DNA of 64,000 bases from Felis catus (GCF_018350175.1 NC_058368.1:46874001-46938000), one strand, 5' to 3'; shown: positions 36,714-49,786, counted from the first letter of the stretch. Program-made: numbers and translations. Notes: a model not told the origin generated them from the letters alone.

Positions 36714-38599
36714 AAGACAGACCTTATGAAGTCTTTATAAACATTTTTACAAATATGGAAATTTTTATACAAATAAAATAAAATAAAATAGAGGCTACAG
36801 TATATATTATCTCTTGCTCCTGAGAAAGTCTATGTTCTACCTCCACAGAAATTTAAATAAAATATTCATAAATTATTGTGCTTCATTTTATGAAGTTGCA
36901 TTCTCACATATTTCCCCCCTACTCTTGTCCTCTAACCAAATATTAGTGCCTACAAGGGCACTTAAAAATAGAAACTTTTGAATTCAGAAGTAGTGACTGT
37001 TACCTCACTAACGCCAGAAATGCAAAGTAACTTGGATGCTTGCAATTTAAGAAAGCTTTGGGTAACCTCTGGTTAACCTTCCTGACATGCTAAAAAGTAT
37101 TTCTCTAATTCTCTCTCCAAAGCGTGGAGTGGACTGTCCCAATGATCTGAGCCCCTTCTGCACACAGCTCAGTTCCCTTCCCCCTAACAAATGGAGAGTG
37201 TATTGAAAGGTCCAATGGAGCTTCGATTAATTTCTAAAACCTTTTATTGTCACCACTGAGGTGGGGCTTACTGTTCTTCTTTTACTTTTCCTAGTAGTCA
37301 TTTCTATGTTTTTCTATTTATTGTCAGTAGAAGAAACTCACAAGTTGCCTATACTGGAAGTAAAATTCTCATTGTTGAGCAAATAATTTGCTGGCTGCTA
37401 TAGAATTTGCTTAAAGAGAACACTGAGCTTTGAAGGGATCACTGAATAGAGTAATCTCTTATTCAGCAGTTAGAGTTACATGCAGTAAGTATCATCTATA
37501 GTCTAAATTATCTTTGAAACATTTTAAATTTTCCATAAAATAGAATATTGTATAATTTCATGGTATGTCTAATATCTAGCCCTGGAACACTGTTGACAGT
37601 GAATGAAGCAGGTAGTTTGCATTTAGATTCCATGTTGAAATGAAAACACAGAGAGCTGATACTGCTCAAGGTCAAGGTTCTTACAAAGTGGCTTCTCTAT
37701 CCTAATCATAGAAAATATATGAATGCTGGTTACTTCTGCTTAGAGTTGTAGCTTCCTTACCAAATTATAGAAATATCCAATAGTAACCATGGCAAATCAA
37801 GAACTCTCTTTGGAAGGATAAATGAAGCTCTAGGCTCAGAAGTTGGGCCAAAGCAATTCAACCCCAATGTTCAACTACTTAACATAACTTCATTGACATT
37901 CGTATCAAACTTTTCCTGTGCTGAAGAATACTCAGAATAATATCCTTGCAACAGTTATAAGGTTTACCTAAAATCTCCCTAATTCAGGTAAAAGTAAATA
38001 TTTTGTTAGATATTTCAAATGATTTATGTGTCATTAAAAAATGACAACTTAAAATCGCCTTACAGTAAAAAGTAAAATATTCTTATCATACTCAACGGGC
38101 TATAAATATCCTGTCTTTTCTTTCTCTAAATTATAATTTCCATTTGTTTAACATCTAATTTAGTTCTATAAATATCCAATACCATTTTGATATTTGCTCA
38201 AATGTGCCAAGTACTGACCTCTTTATCAAATTAGGTCTGTGATCAAATCAGGGAAAAAATAATACACTTAAATTCTGAATATCTTTATTTTTTTGTCCAG
38301 CAAAACAAAGTGGTTAATCTTTAAATGTTCTAAGCCTCTCTAGAACTCTGTGGTTTTTGGTAACCTTGGCAATCAAAACTCTTTAAACCATGTGCCTTAA
38401 AAATATCTTTAAAGCAGTTGCTTATAAAATGAAATAAACTCAAATAATTTATTTCATAATTTAAAATTATAACTTCATTACCTATTTATGGAAGTATATT
38501 GATGATAACTAGGTAAGAATGTTTATATTAACAATTTATTTGCAGAAGGCTATTTAGAAGTTTTATCACAGAAATACTTTCAAAAGTACAAATAGCCTT

Positions 38600-38726
38600 T
38601 AAAAATTATAATATAGGACAACCTCATTATAAAACTTTAGACAATATAGAAAGTTAGAAAGTAAACCCTTCAGAAATAACCATTATTAATACTCTGTACA
38701 TATCCTTTCATATTTTTTCATACATT

Positions 38727-38764
<38 letters not shown>

Positions 38765-38950
38765 AATCCTCACTTATCCTGAAAGTGGAATCAGCTGATT
38801 CATACTGTTTTGTAACCTGCTTTTTTTCCACTTAGATATTTATCACACATCAAGTATAATTTTTAATATTAGTTTGATATTTTTATTATATGGGCCATAA
38901 GTTATGTACATATTTCTCACTAATGGATATTGAGTTTGTTTCTCCAAGAA
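38600..38950 (-). mobile_element. L1ME-like 3' end remnant containing (AC)16
   Basis: AGAAATAACCATTATTAATA...CATATCCTTTCA...CATACTGTTTTGTAACCTGCTTTTTTTCCACTTA; (AC)n at 38731-38762. Confidence 0.65.
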
Positions 38951-39055
38951 GGTTTCTTTTTCTTTTTAAATTTTGATAGAAAACCAAAAGAAGTTTACCA
39001 ATGAACAGTGACCTCGATGCTGAAAGGCGACTTGCATTTAAAATTAAGATATGTG

Positions 39056-39278
39056 GGGGTGCCTCGGTGGCTCAGTCCGTTAAGCGGCAGACTTCACCTC
39101 AGGTCATGATCTCGCGGTCCATGAGTTCAAGCCCCGCGTCGGGCTCTGTGCTGACAGCTCAGAGCCTGGAGCCTGTTTTGGATTCTGTGTCTCCCTCTCT
39201 CTGACCCTCCCCCGTTCATGCTCTGTCTTTCTCTGTCTCAAAAATAAATAAACGTTAAAAAATTAAAAAAAATAAAAT
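39056..39278 (+). mobile_element. CAN-SINE (first of a tandem pair)
   Basis: GGGGTGCCTCGGTGGCTCAG head. TSD AAAATTAAGATATGTG at 39040-39055 recurs at 39529-39544. Confidence 0.95.
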
Positions 39279-39288
39279 AAAATTAAGA

Positions 39289-39520
39289 GGGGCGCCTGGG
39301 TGGCGCAGTCAGTTAAGCATCCGACTTCAGCCAGGTCACCATCTCGCGGTCCGTGAGTTCGAGCCCCGCGTCAGGCTCTGGGCTGATGGCTCAGAGCCTG
39401 GAGCCTGTTTCTGATTCTGTGTCTCCCTCTCTCTCTGCCCCTCCCCCGTTCGTGCTCTGTCTCTCTCTGTCCCAAAAATAAATAAACGTTGAAAAAAAAA
39501 TTGAAAAAAAAATAAAATAA
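39289..39520 (+). mobile_element. Young felid CAN-SINE (SINEC_Fc-type) inserted into the previous SINE's 3' end
   Basis: Own TSD AATAAAATAAAATTAAGA at 39271-39288 and 39521-39538. Confidence 0.96.
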
Positions 39521-40992
39521 AATAAAATAAAATTAAGATATGTGTATATTATATTTTTAGCCCATTTAATTTATATCCCATTTATATTCTATTTAAATCG
39601 ATAACATTTAAGAGATTCTATGAGATCCTGAGTCTTTCCTGGATATTTGCATGTACATTTTAATCTAATTTATAATTCAACTCAACTATCCCAAGGTTTA
39701 CAAATAATAACTATGACACTGAAATTTTTCTTCAGAAGTAACATTTAGTTAGTAGCAACCCATAACTTCAAGGCACATTTCAGTTCTAAAGATGGGTTTT
39801 TTTTTCACTGTTTCATATTATCTAACTAGTTTCCTAAAAATTGAGTATAAAATTATAATAGTGTTGTATTTATTGACCTCTGTGGCTCCAGCCTTTGAGG
39901 TAGGTACCAGTTTTCTTTGCTTCAATTTATAAATGATAACCCTGAAGCTGAGGACCATTAATTACCTTGCCCATGATCCAGCAATGGTGGGACAGGTGTG
40001 ACATAACCTCTGGCTCCATGCTGTCCGCCTCCAGCTCAACCATGCCAATATTGGAAGAATAGAAACTTGGGCTGGGTCTAGAAAACAACTGGAATGCCAT
40101 GCCAGGTTTAAGTTCATTTTATCATAAAGTTTGTGTGGGAAATTTAGTTTTTCAGAATGACTATTTATATTGACTGAGTAATCAGATAAGTTTTATATCT
40201 TTCCTTCCTTTTCTGCTCTACGCAGGAAGTGTGTGGTATGCTAAGACAGAAATAGCCCTTTATAGAAATTTGTACCACTGACCACTTTTCTGACTTTTCT
40301 CACAGTTGGCACATGATATCTGAACTGTGATGCAAGGGGAAATTAACTCCAACTCCAAATTTTTCTGCAGTGATGATTTATGTTCCTTGGGATTCTATGA
40401 AGATATCAACAGTATTCTTGAGAATCAGGAATTCTAAATTTTTATATAACTGTTCTACATCATTAAATGAAAAAAGAAAAAACTAAGAAAGATATGCACT
40501 GAGCTCTGATAAGCATCTTTCATCTTTTCTTATGAAGAGATACCATAACCTTTTCTGGTATGTCTAAAGGCATTGTTCAGGCACAGATTGTATTATCTTC
40601 TTGGATCCCACTTGACCATCATTCCTCTCAGGCTGAGATGTCCACTTTTTGTTTTAAGGCCCAACGTGTAGTCATATATATATCTTAATCTTCATTTCTT
40701 TCAACTGTGTGATGTAGCTTCTTTCTCCGCCTTGCTATACTCAGTAAGTGCTGTCTCTCTCTCAGTGACTGGATTCTTTCTGCTCCATGAGATACTCCTG
40801 GATCCAGGTTAAACTGGAGTAACTGTTTTAAAATCTATTTACAAGAAAGATCTGCCCCTCTTTTGAGTCCAAACCTCAAACTAGTATCCATGCAGGCAGC
40901 CCTATGATATTTTTGAGTAACACAATTTAACGTTCTCCAGGCCATAAGAACACAAATATTATAATGTATTACTTCATAACCATTATCTTTTA

Positions 40993-41571
40993 CAGTTAAC
41001 CCTTGAACAACACATAGGTTGGGGTGCCAAACCCCCATGCAGTAGAAAATCCATGTATAGCTTTGGCTCCCCCAAAACTTAACTACTAATAGCCTACTGT
41101 TGACCAGAAGCTCTAGTGATAACCTAAACAGTCAATTAACACATCTTCTGTATGTTACGTATGCACTGTATACTGTAGTCTTTCAATAAAATAAGCTAAA
41201 GAAAAGACAACGTTAAGGAAATCACAAGGAAGGGTGACTGGGTGGCTCAGTTGGTTGAACCTCTGACTCCAATTTGATTTAGGCTTGGGTCATGATCCCT
41301 AGGATCGTGGGATTGAGCCCTGTGTCAGGCTCGGCACTGAGCATGGAGCCTGCTTAAGATTCTCTCTCTCTCCCCCTCTGTCTCTCTCCCTCACTCATAC
41401 TCTCTCTCTCTCTCTGTCTCTAAAAGAGTAAACAATTTTAAAAATAGAATAAAATTTTAAAAATCACAAGGAAAGGAAAACACATTTACAATACTATACT
41501 ATATTTATCAAAAAAATCCATGTACAAGTGGACCTAAGTAGTTCAAATCCATATTGTTCAAGGGTCAGCTA
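40993..41571. mobile_element. Tigger2a-like (TcMar-Tigger) MITE, interrupted by a SINE
   Basis: Terminal inverted repeats CAGTTAACCCTTGAACAA ... TTGTTCAAGGGTCAGCTA, with TA on each side (40991-40992 and 41572-41573). Internal CCCCAAAACTTAACTACTAATAGCCTACTGTTGACC. Confidence 0.9.
41232..41460 (+). mobile_element. CAN-SINE nested in the Tigger element
   Basis: TSD AAATCACAAGGA at 41219-41230 and 41461-41472. Confidence 0.93.
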
Positions 41572-43169
41572 TAAATTTAAAACATTTTTGTGGTGTCTTA
41601 CCTTGATTTGTTTTGATATATGTCTTAAGGGCATATATTGTAAACTTCTCTATTACAATGCCCAACATATTATATGTGTGGGATTTTTTTGCAGCAAGGC
41701 TGAGCCTCTGCTGGCTCATTTACATTAATGTCCCCAGAAACCAATGCCTGACACATAGGTAGTGGTCAAAAAAAGTTTGATGAGCCTAAGAGTGAATGGA
41801 TGGATTGAGAATGTTGCTTTGTGTTTGTAAACAGTCAATATCATGAGAATGATGGCTTCAAATCAAATTTCAGTTACCCTAGCCATTTTAGAATGGATTA
41901 TCCTACATATTCTAGAGAATTCATTCTTATATTTCATAATATTCTACAGTAGATTTTAGTGTAAAATTGTACATTTGAAAACAGAAGATAGCTGTTTTCA
42001 ACAGTGTATAATTCAACAGTATATAACTAAAAACAGGCATGGTTCCCTTCAGCAAGCTTTCCTATTCAAATCATTTTAGTAAATAAATATTTAACAAGCA
42101 ATAAAACTGATGGTTATATTTACATAGCAGTCAATTTATGTTCTACAAAAGCTAAATTCCCCATCCCCAATAATACTTTATATTCCTTGACATTAGTCTA
42201 CAACAAATGGCACAACTGTGTTAAAAAAAAAAAAAAGAAAGAAAAACCCATAATAAAAACCATTCACTCTGCCAAATATGTCATTACATTTTTTTTCCTG
42301 TTCAGCTGCCAGATGTATTGCATTATATTATCAAATTGATAGATCTAGTGTTATTTCTACATTTACCATTTTACAACAACAAATAGAAATATAAGGAAGC
42401 TTTGGTAACAAATCTTGCTTAATATGTATGTGAAGTAGACAGTTTGTCTAAGAGAAAAATATAACTGATGACAGATTTCATTTCAGTCTGCTAGTGCTTA
42501 TTAAGATGTCTACAAACAAAAAGCCATATCTGGGTACATCTCTCTCTGCAAACAAAGGAAAGTTTTAATTGCTTTAATCAGCATTTGCATTGTCTTTGCG
42601 GTGACATAGAAAAACAATTCAGGTCTAATCAGGAAACGTCTTCCAGAGGAAAATTCTTCGGCTTAGACTTTAAGTGAAGTTAATAACATATTTTCTGGAA
42701 TTCTTGAAAAAAGTTTAACAATGTAATACTGTACTGACTTCTATTTAAATTATTCCTAGGCCAATAATAGAACGACTGGTGATGTTTTTTGGTATGTCCT
42801 TATTAGGAATATCATTTTCAGATATGAAAATGGTTCCTATAAAATCAAAAAGCAGACTGATGAATCAACCCCAAGTGTCAGCATTTCACTTTTTTCCCCA
42901 CCAACAGTATCTTAAACATAAGGAGGTCTTTGCTTCGTAGATGTTCTTTTCAATTCAGTTACTCAAATCTGTGCTACAGCCCTACTAGGTGAGAGACATC
43001 AGTATAAACTAAAAACATATAAAAAGGAACAAAAGCATCTTCAGTAAGTTTACTGCAACCTTCAGTAACAACCCCAATTCATGTCTTAGTATCTCATATA
43101 CATCAAATGCATTCTGTAAATGCTGCAATGACTCCATTCAGAAAATAAAAGCAATCATTAATAGGTAGA

Positions 43170-43900
43170 TAATGCAAAATGTGGTATGGAATGGAAGGTG
43201 GGCTTCAAAGCTAGGCGGAACACATTTCAAAGTTTTCCTCAGCCTATCTCATTTGAGTTGTGTAAGCTTGGGCAAGTCATTTGTCATCTCTCTGGGTCTC
43301 AGTTTACTCATTTGTAAATGGGGACTCATTCAATTTTCTTCAACAAAAATTGCTGAGCCTGCTGTGGACCAGGCACTGTGTTGGCACTGGGAGTACATGT
43401 GACCTGTCTTCACAAAGCTTCCATGTAGTGCGGATATGTGTATTAGTTCAATAATCATATGAACCAGCAGGGTGATCGGAGTGCACCAAGGGTTACATAG
43501 GACAGAATCACGCTTGGGGTCTATGTCCTCAGAAGGCATGGCTTATATTACATGTGAATATAATATATTACATGTGAAACTGAGTCAGTGATTCAAAAAT
43601 GTTTTCCTGTAAGAAAGACCTAGAAGTGTGGTGTGCAGGAAACTTTTGCATGCATTGAAATGGATTTAACTTTACATTTCTTTTCAGTTTCCTAGGTGCC
43701 AATAATTTTAACTCCAGGGCATGAGGTCCCAAGTCATTGCTATATTCTACTACAAAGGATTGTGTGACTTTTGACAAATTAATCTCTCTGTGCCTCAGTT
43801 TGCCTAGTTCTGAAATAAGTACTCACTCCATAGGCTTGGTATTCAGATCAAATAAGTTAATATTTATAAAGTTCTTAGAACAGTACCTGACATCTAAGTG
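43170..43900. mobile_element. Cluster of MIR (+; about 43170-43326 and 43700-43900) and L2 (-; about 43327-43500) fragments
   Basis: CTTGGGCAAGTCATTT...TCTCAGTTTACTCATTTGTAAATGGGGA; CCAGGCACTGTGTTGGCACTGGG; CTCTCTGTGCCTCAGTTT...CTTAGAACAGTACCTGACA. Confidence 0.75.
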
Positions 43901-45247
43901 TTCTTGTTCTTGTTGTTCTCTGTGTCAACTGGTAGTTATGGGAGTCTGTCCCATGAGACAAAATGCTGAAAAAGCAAAAGAAACACAATTTTAAACTTCC
44001 ATGTCTAAAACAAAGAAAACAAAAGATTATATAAAGGGATTCTATTATTTCCTGGTGTTGAGAAAAGGGAGGGCTTTTTCTCGAGTACTGTTTCTACCTT
44101 ACTACCCTGAGCTGAGGAGCCCAGGCTTCTCTGAGAATAGAAAAGCCATGTGGGGAGACTCGGGTCACGATGGAAAGTGGCTGGGGCAAATTTGCCTAAC
44201 AGTCCTACTGTCCTAATGTGACTTCCTGCCTAGAAACTCCACAGATACCGAACATATATATAACTCAGAAAAGACCTTTGCTTTCAAGGACCCTGCACCC
44301 TAGTTGGGGAGAAACACAAAACAACAAAACAGCACACATTCTGACATAATAGCATTTATAAAATAATCTACATGGTGATCAGCTCTGTGAACATAAAAAT
44401 CAAGCCTTATTTATCTTTATGTCCCCCAGAGCCTGATAGTAATGCTCAATAAATATTTGCTGGATTGAACTGAATACATTAACAAGTACAAACAAATAGC
44501 GTCTGAGCAAGTAATTGCCAAAAGAATGCCATGTCAAGGAATGATCGTAGTGGAACTCTGGTGTCCCCATTGTAACCCTGGTAGACATGGGGCGCCCCAG
44601 CTTTCTTTTGTGGCCTCCTGATGAGCCAATCTATTAGGAGGCCACTAAGGAACAATGAAGCCAGATGGTATATATCAGGTACCATTAGACAGTCCAGGGA
44701 GTTTACCTAATATTTAATACGTTTCGTAATGAAATGTTTCTCCCTGCTAATGGGATGGCCATTGTTTTCTGTGAATGATTTCATAAGTAATTTGATTTAT
44801 AATTAAAGCAATACTAACTATTACTAATTTCATGCCTTAATTTATTCCTGCAAAATTAAACACTTCCCTAAATGTAAATATTCGTGTGTCAATCTTTGTG
44901 GCATCTAGGGAGGGGACAGAGTTGTTGCATGGAACAGAGAGTTTCTTATCCAGCAAAGGGAAGTAAAATTCTAGTGCCCATATATTCCTTATGGGCTCTA
45001 AATTATATAGGAAAATTCTCTCTTTGTGATCCTGTTCCTTACTTGATTCTTTTTCTCTAAAAAAGGATGAACATAGCCATATTTTAGATCACTCTCTCTG
45101 CCTAAAGCAGAAGTTGACGCTCCATTCTCCTAAGATTAAAGAGGTTTTAATACATTGGCAATTTAGGTTATTATACAAATAAGTATCTTGGTTGAATTCA
45201 GGCAGATGTCTTCTTCAGTATCTTGTGTTGTTCTGAATCTCTTAGAG

Positions 45248-45411
45248 CCTTGTTTCTCAAAATCTGGTTCTTGGACTGGCTGCATCAGTATCTCATAGGA
45301 ACTGAACAGAAATGCAGAATCTCAAGCCCTACCAGACCTACCGAACCAGAGTCTGTGTTTTTAGCGAGAGCCCAGGCGATGTGCTTGCACATTCTAGTTC
45401 GAGAAGCACTG
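45248..45411. mobile_element. MER5A1 (hAT-Charlie MITE)
   Basis: CCTTGTTTCTCAAA...AGAAATGCAGAATCTCAAGCCC...CAGACCTAC...CCCAGGCGAT...GAGAAGCACTG. Confidence 0.85.
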
Positions 45412-46861
45412 TCCTAGGACATACACTTGGAGAACCAGGCAGGTAGAATACCCCTGGGAACCCAGCGAGACTGAAAGTGGTTGGGTCACCTGTTGATCAT
45501 GGGACATCGGATGGCCACCCTGACCTAAGGGTCTCAGAGAAATTTTGGGTGGGTGGGGGCTTAGTTACAAAAGTTCATTCCACCAAATGGATTTTCTAAA
45601 TGGTTACTGCACTGGTCTCTCATTTTGCTGATGAAAGAGAGGGAAAGATGAAGTCCATTATTGATCCGGAGTTATTACAGGACATCATAAGCAAGCAAGA
45701 GATGGCAGAGATGGTGAGTGTGCTCGTCAGTTGAGTCGGCGCCATTGGAGGAATAAAGGAGCTGGCATTTACATAAAGACAAAAGGGCAAGACTTTGCCT
45801 TCCTAAATATTTGCCAGCCAGGAAGTCAGAGAAACCTGGAGGAGGAGTGTGTTGGGAGGTATCTCTGAATTTGCTTTGTGATATTTGCAAGATAATCTGC
45901 GGTGTTAGGGTAATTGGGATTCCGGGTGCATTAAGCTGTTGAGAACTTTATATAAAAATATTTATACTTTTAGCTGCTCTTGAATAAAATCTTATTCTTT
46001 TCTTCGATGCTATTGTCTGTTGCACACCTTTTGCCTATTATCAGTCAGAAACTATCAGTACTGAATTATTCTGTCAAGTGAGAATCTAGGAACTTTACAC
46101 CTGCCAGTTTAGGCTGATTTTCAATATTGTGTGAAAATGCCAAGGAATGACCTGTCAGTCCGTATTTGTGACAAGAGTCCTATTCATGTTGCTCAATGGT
46201 TTGTAGAAGTGTATCTTTGAAGAATTATTTTTATATGGTCCAGTACATCTCAATGTCCTAGGCAATAATTATCTTGAACGCTAGGCCCCCAATAAAAGTA
46301 GAGGCATGAAAAAGAAGGGTTTCTTTAGTTAGTAATTATATGTGAGTGTGTTGGAAAAAAAATTCATCTCATTTTCGTCTGAGTCTATTCAAACCTCAAT
46401 TGTAAATAAATGCAATTTTTGCACATATGAAAGTCTGAGCCAGTTGTGATCCTATAATGTAACCGTACTTCAATTTTGCAGTGTCTCCTGCTGTTATGAG
46501 AGCTGATACAAAGTCCTACTAAAAAGCAAATGAAGATCTGTGACAGAAGTAGTCCCACTTCTTTCCCAAACTCCGTGAAGCTCTCTTAAAATTAGAATGC
46601 AGCTTTTGGAGGTTTGTGGCCAACTGCTTGTCGTTTTCTTTGGAGACATTCTTTTTCTTCTTATTTTGAACAAGGGTCAACAATAACAGGGCTAGGAGGT
46701 AATAACTAATCTGTTTGATTGACGACCTCTGCTGGCAGGTCTGAGCCAAAAAAAGCACAAAACCCAGAAAACTGCTTTTCTGATAGGTTTGTGGCTGGCC
46801 TCAAGGTTAGGTCTTCATTTCTTGCCCAAGCATGCCGGAAGCATTAGGCTCCAGTTTTGGG

Positions 46862-47365
46862 TAATAATAAAAGTAGCTAACCCTTCGTGAGTGTTTACTA
46901 TGTGCATAAGCTCATGGAATCTGCTCAGAACAAACCTATGTGCCAGACACTGTTCGCAGCTCTCTACGATTATTAGCTCATTCAATCCCTGCAACAAAAC
47001 AATGCCCATCTTTCCGAAGGAGACTCAGGTATAGAGAATGAAGAAACTAGCCCACGGCACCAGGGTGGCTCAGTCGGTTAAGCATCCAGGTCCTGATTTC
47101 GGCTCAGGTCATGATCTCAAGGTTGTGAGATAGAGCCCGGCTTCCGTCATTGCACTGAGCACAGAGCCTGCTTGGGATTCTGTCTTTCCCCCTGCCTCTG
47201 TTCTCCCCCTGCTAGTATGTGTGTGTGTGCTCTCTCTTTCTCTCTCTCTCTCTCTCAAAATAAATAAAATGAGAAAAAGAAAAAGAAACTGAGCCAAGGT
47301 CACACAATCAGCAAGTGACAAGGTCAGGACCCAACTCCCGGCAACCAGGCTCCAGAGTGTGCCTT
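46862..47365 (-). mobile_element. MIR interrupted by a SINE
   Basis: CTATGTGCCAGACACTGTT...CTCATTCAATCC / CCAAGGTCACACAATCAGCAAGTGACA. Confidence 0.75.
47055..47282 (+). mobile_element. CAN-SINE, older
   Basis: GGCACCAGGGTGGCTCAGTCGGTTAAGCATCC head, (GT)(CT)n, A tail; TSD AAGAAACTAGCC / AAGAAACTGAGCC. Confidence 0.93.
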
Positions 47366-47754
47366 CTGAAATACCCAGCTACATGACACACAGCAGGATG
47401 TAATGCAAACACTTGAGTACCTCCATACCGTGGACTGCATCTCATTTAATCCTCACTGCCACCAAACAATACAGACTGTGTTATCATAACCCTCATTTTA
47501 TAGATGGGAAAACAAGAGGCCCAGCTTGTTGAGATGGTAGAGAGATGGTAGGGAATCATGAACAGGTGGAATATGACCTTAAACCCTATATTCTTAAGCA
47601 ATTGGCTCTATCTAGATCTCCAAATGTAGTACACAGCAATCAGGATGTTGTATCTTAAGATTAAATACATTGGTTATGAAGACTGAAAAGCAATGAATGA
47701 GAATGATGATAGGTTTGAAGTTAATTGCCAAAGGTGAAGCCTGCTCCCTTTTCT

Positions 47755-47962
47755 TTTTAATTTTTTTAATGTTTATTTATTTTTGAGAGAGAGCGCGCGC
47801 AAGGGAGGGACAGAGAGAGACACACACACACAGAATCCGAAGCAGGCTCTAGGCTCCAAGCTGTCAGCACAGAGCCTGACGTAGGGCTCGAACCCACGAA
47901 CTGTGAGGTCATGACCTGAGCCAAAGTTGGAGGCTCAACCGACTGAGCCACCCAGGTGCCCC
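47755..47962 (-). mobile_element. CAN-SINE
   Basis: TSD CCTGCTCCCTTTTCT at 47740-47754 and 47961-47975. Confidence 0.95.
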
Positions 47963-47999
47963 TGCTCCCTTTTCTGGAGGATCAAATTCTCAACTGTAC

Positions 48000-48465
48000 A
48001 TTATAATGGTTCAGCTCCTCCGGGTGTGGGGCATTGTTTACTCCTGCAGCTTTACTGCCTGTGGCTATTTCCATCTTCACAATCAATATCCGCGTGCTTC
48101 TCTTGTTTCCCACCCAAATACCCTGGGATGCACTGTCTACTGCCTGGAGACTTTCTCTCTCCTCTGCCCACCTTCGTGGCTACTGTTCTCCTTCTCTGGG
48201 CCATTAGATTGAGACTCAGTTCAGAGGTCACTCCCACCAGCACCCCCACCTTGATCTCTTCCTTCAGACTGTATGAAGCATTTGTTCCCCCATCCTGGGG
48301 TCCCCTGATACTCTTTCTCCATCTCTGAGCATTGTAATTCTCCATTATGTATCTGCTTACCCAAACAGAACGTGTCCCTTTCTAGGGCAAAGATTTTGTT
48401 TTGCTTCCATTTTGTAACCCCGCACCTAACACTGTTCTAGGGGGATAGCAGGCTCCCAGTAGGAG
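48000..48465 (+). mobile_element. L2 3' remnant
   Basis: Pyrimidine-rich; CTGCCTGGA, CTCAGTTCAGAGGTCACTC, AGGGCAAAGATTTTGT, GCACCTAACACTG. Confidence 0.65.
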
Positions 48466-48522
48466 ACGACTACATGATGTACTAGCATGAGCCCCCAAAA
48501 GCCCTTACGGGAGAGGCTTTCA

Positions 48523-48726
48523 GGCTCTTTGGGTAGCTCAGTCGGTTAAGCATCCGATTTCGGCTCAGGTCATGATTTCACAGTTTGTGAGTTCGAGCCC
48601 CGCGTCGGTGTCTGTGCTGACAGCTTAGAGCCTGGAGCCTGCTTCGGATTCTGTATCTCCCTCTCCCTCTGCCCCTCTCTCACTGGAGCTCTGTCTCTCT
48701 TTCTCAAAACAAACATTAAAAAAAAA
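48523..48726 (+). mobile_element. CAN-SINE
   Basis: TGGGTAGCTCAGTCGGTTAAGCATCCG...GTTCGAGCCCCGCGTCGG...A tail. Confidence 0.93.
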
Positions 48727-48904
48727 TAGAAGGCAAATCATAAAAGGTATGTATGTAGTGATGGTGGCAGGGGGTGGAGAATGAGTCAAGGGTCCTTTGT
48801 GTGACCCTAATATTGAATGGAAATAAAAGAAAATGGGAGAGTACATTGAAGTTGTTTTATACCATAACCTAAGACATACAGGATCTCGGATACTATCAAT
48901 GGGA

Positions 48905-49255
48905 TTTTTTTCTTTTAGTTTTTATATCATTTTTGCCTTGGGATACTTTGAGATTTACAGAGAAGTTACAAAGATAGCACAGAGCATGCGTATATATCCC
49001 TCACTCATTTTCCCCCACTGTTCTCATTTTACAGGACCATGGTGCACTTGCTAAAACCAAGAAACCAACACTGGAGTACTATTACTAACTGAACTCCACA
49101 GTTTGTTTGGATTTCAATAGTTCCTCTCCCATCTCCTTTTTTCTGTTCCAGATCCCAGTTCCAGGATACTACATCACATTTAGCATCATATCGCTTTAGC
49201 TTCCTCTTACCTATGGCAATTTCTCAGACTTTTCTTACTTTTGATAATATTAAAG
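48905..49255 (-). mobile_element. L1MC-like 3' end
   Basis: GATTTACAGAGAAGTTACAAAGATAGCACAGAG...CCATGGTGCAC...TTTTTCTGTTCCAG...CCAGGATACTACAT. Confidence 0.78.
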
Positions 49256-49569
49256 CTGTTTTGTAGCCTTCTAGCTTTATTCAAAATTCAGTAAGATTCT
49301 AGCAAAAAGGTTAATATTAGATTACAATCTTTGTTAAACTTTTCTGAAATATTGTGAGTCCTGAAAGATTCAGTCCTTGACCTGCTCCCAGACGCCCTGA
49401 GGGAACCAAATATTTGACCCACCCTGACTCACCTTTTGACTAATCACCCCCCAAAATCACAGCATCATGAGGCCCAACACTTAGGCATCCGTGAAAATAT
49501 TTTATCCACCGATGCAAGAAAGGACAGAGGTCTGAGTAAAAGCAGATGTGTTAAAAATACCTACTGATA

Positions 49570-49786
49570 GGGGCGCCTGGGTGGCGCAGTCGGTTAAGCG
49601 TCCGACTTCAGCCAGGTCACGATCTCGGGGTCCGTGAGTTCGAGCCCCGCGTCAGGCTCTGGGCTGATGGCCCAGAGCCTGGAGCCTGTTTCCGACTCTG
49701 TGTCTCCCTCTCTCTCTGCCCCTCCCCCGTTCATGCTCTGTCTCTCTCTGTCCCAAAAATAAATAAACGTTGAAAAAAAAATAAAA
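49570..49786 (+). mobile_element. Young felid CAN-SINE (SINEC_Fc-type)
   Basis: Near-consensus. TSD AAAAATACCTACTGATA at 49553-49569 and 49787-49803, at a TT/AAAA site. Confidence 0.97.

Noticed and set aside
41997..42026. 15-bp tandem duplication TTCAACAGTRTATAA x2
   Set aside because: Real but an ordinary small slippage event.
45600..45719. Apparent first coding exon MKSIIDPELLQDIISKQEMAEM with ATG/GTGAGT donor
   Set aside because: The DNA resembles a degenerate reverse MIR (CTCATTTTGCTGATGA...GCAAGCAAG..TGGCAGAG.TGG); no promoter context; peptide unrecognised.
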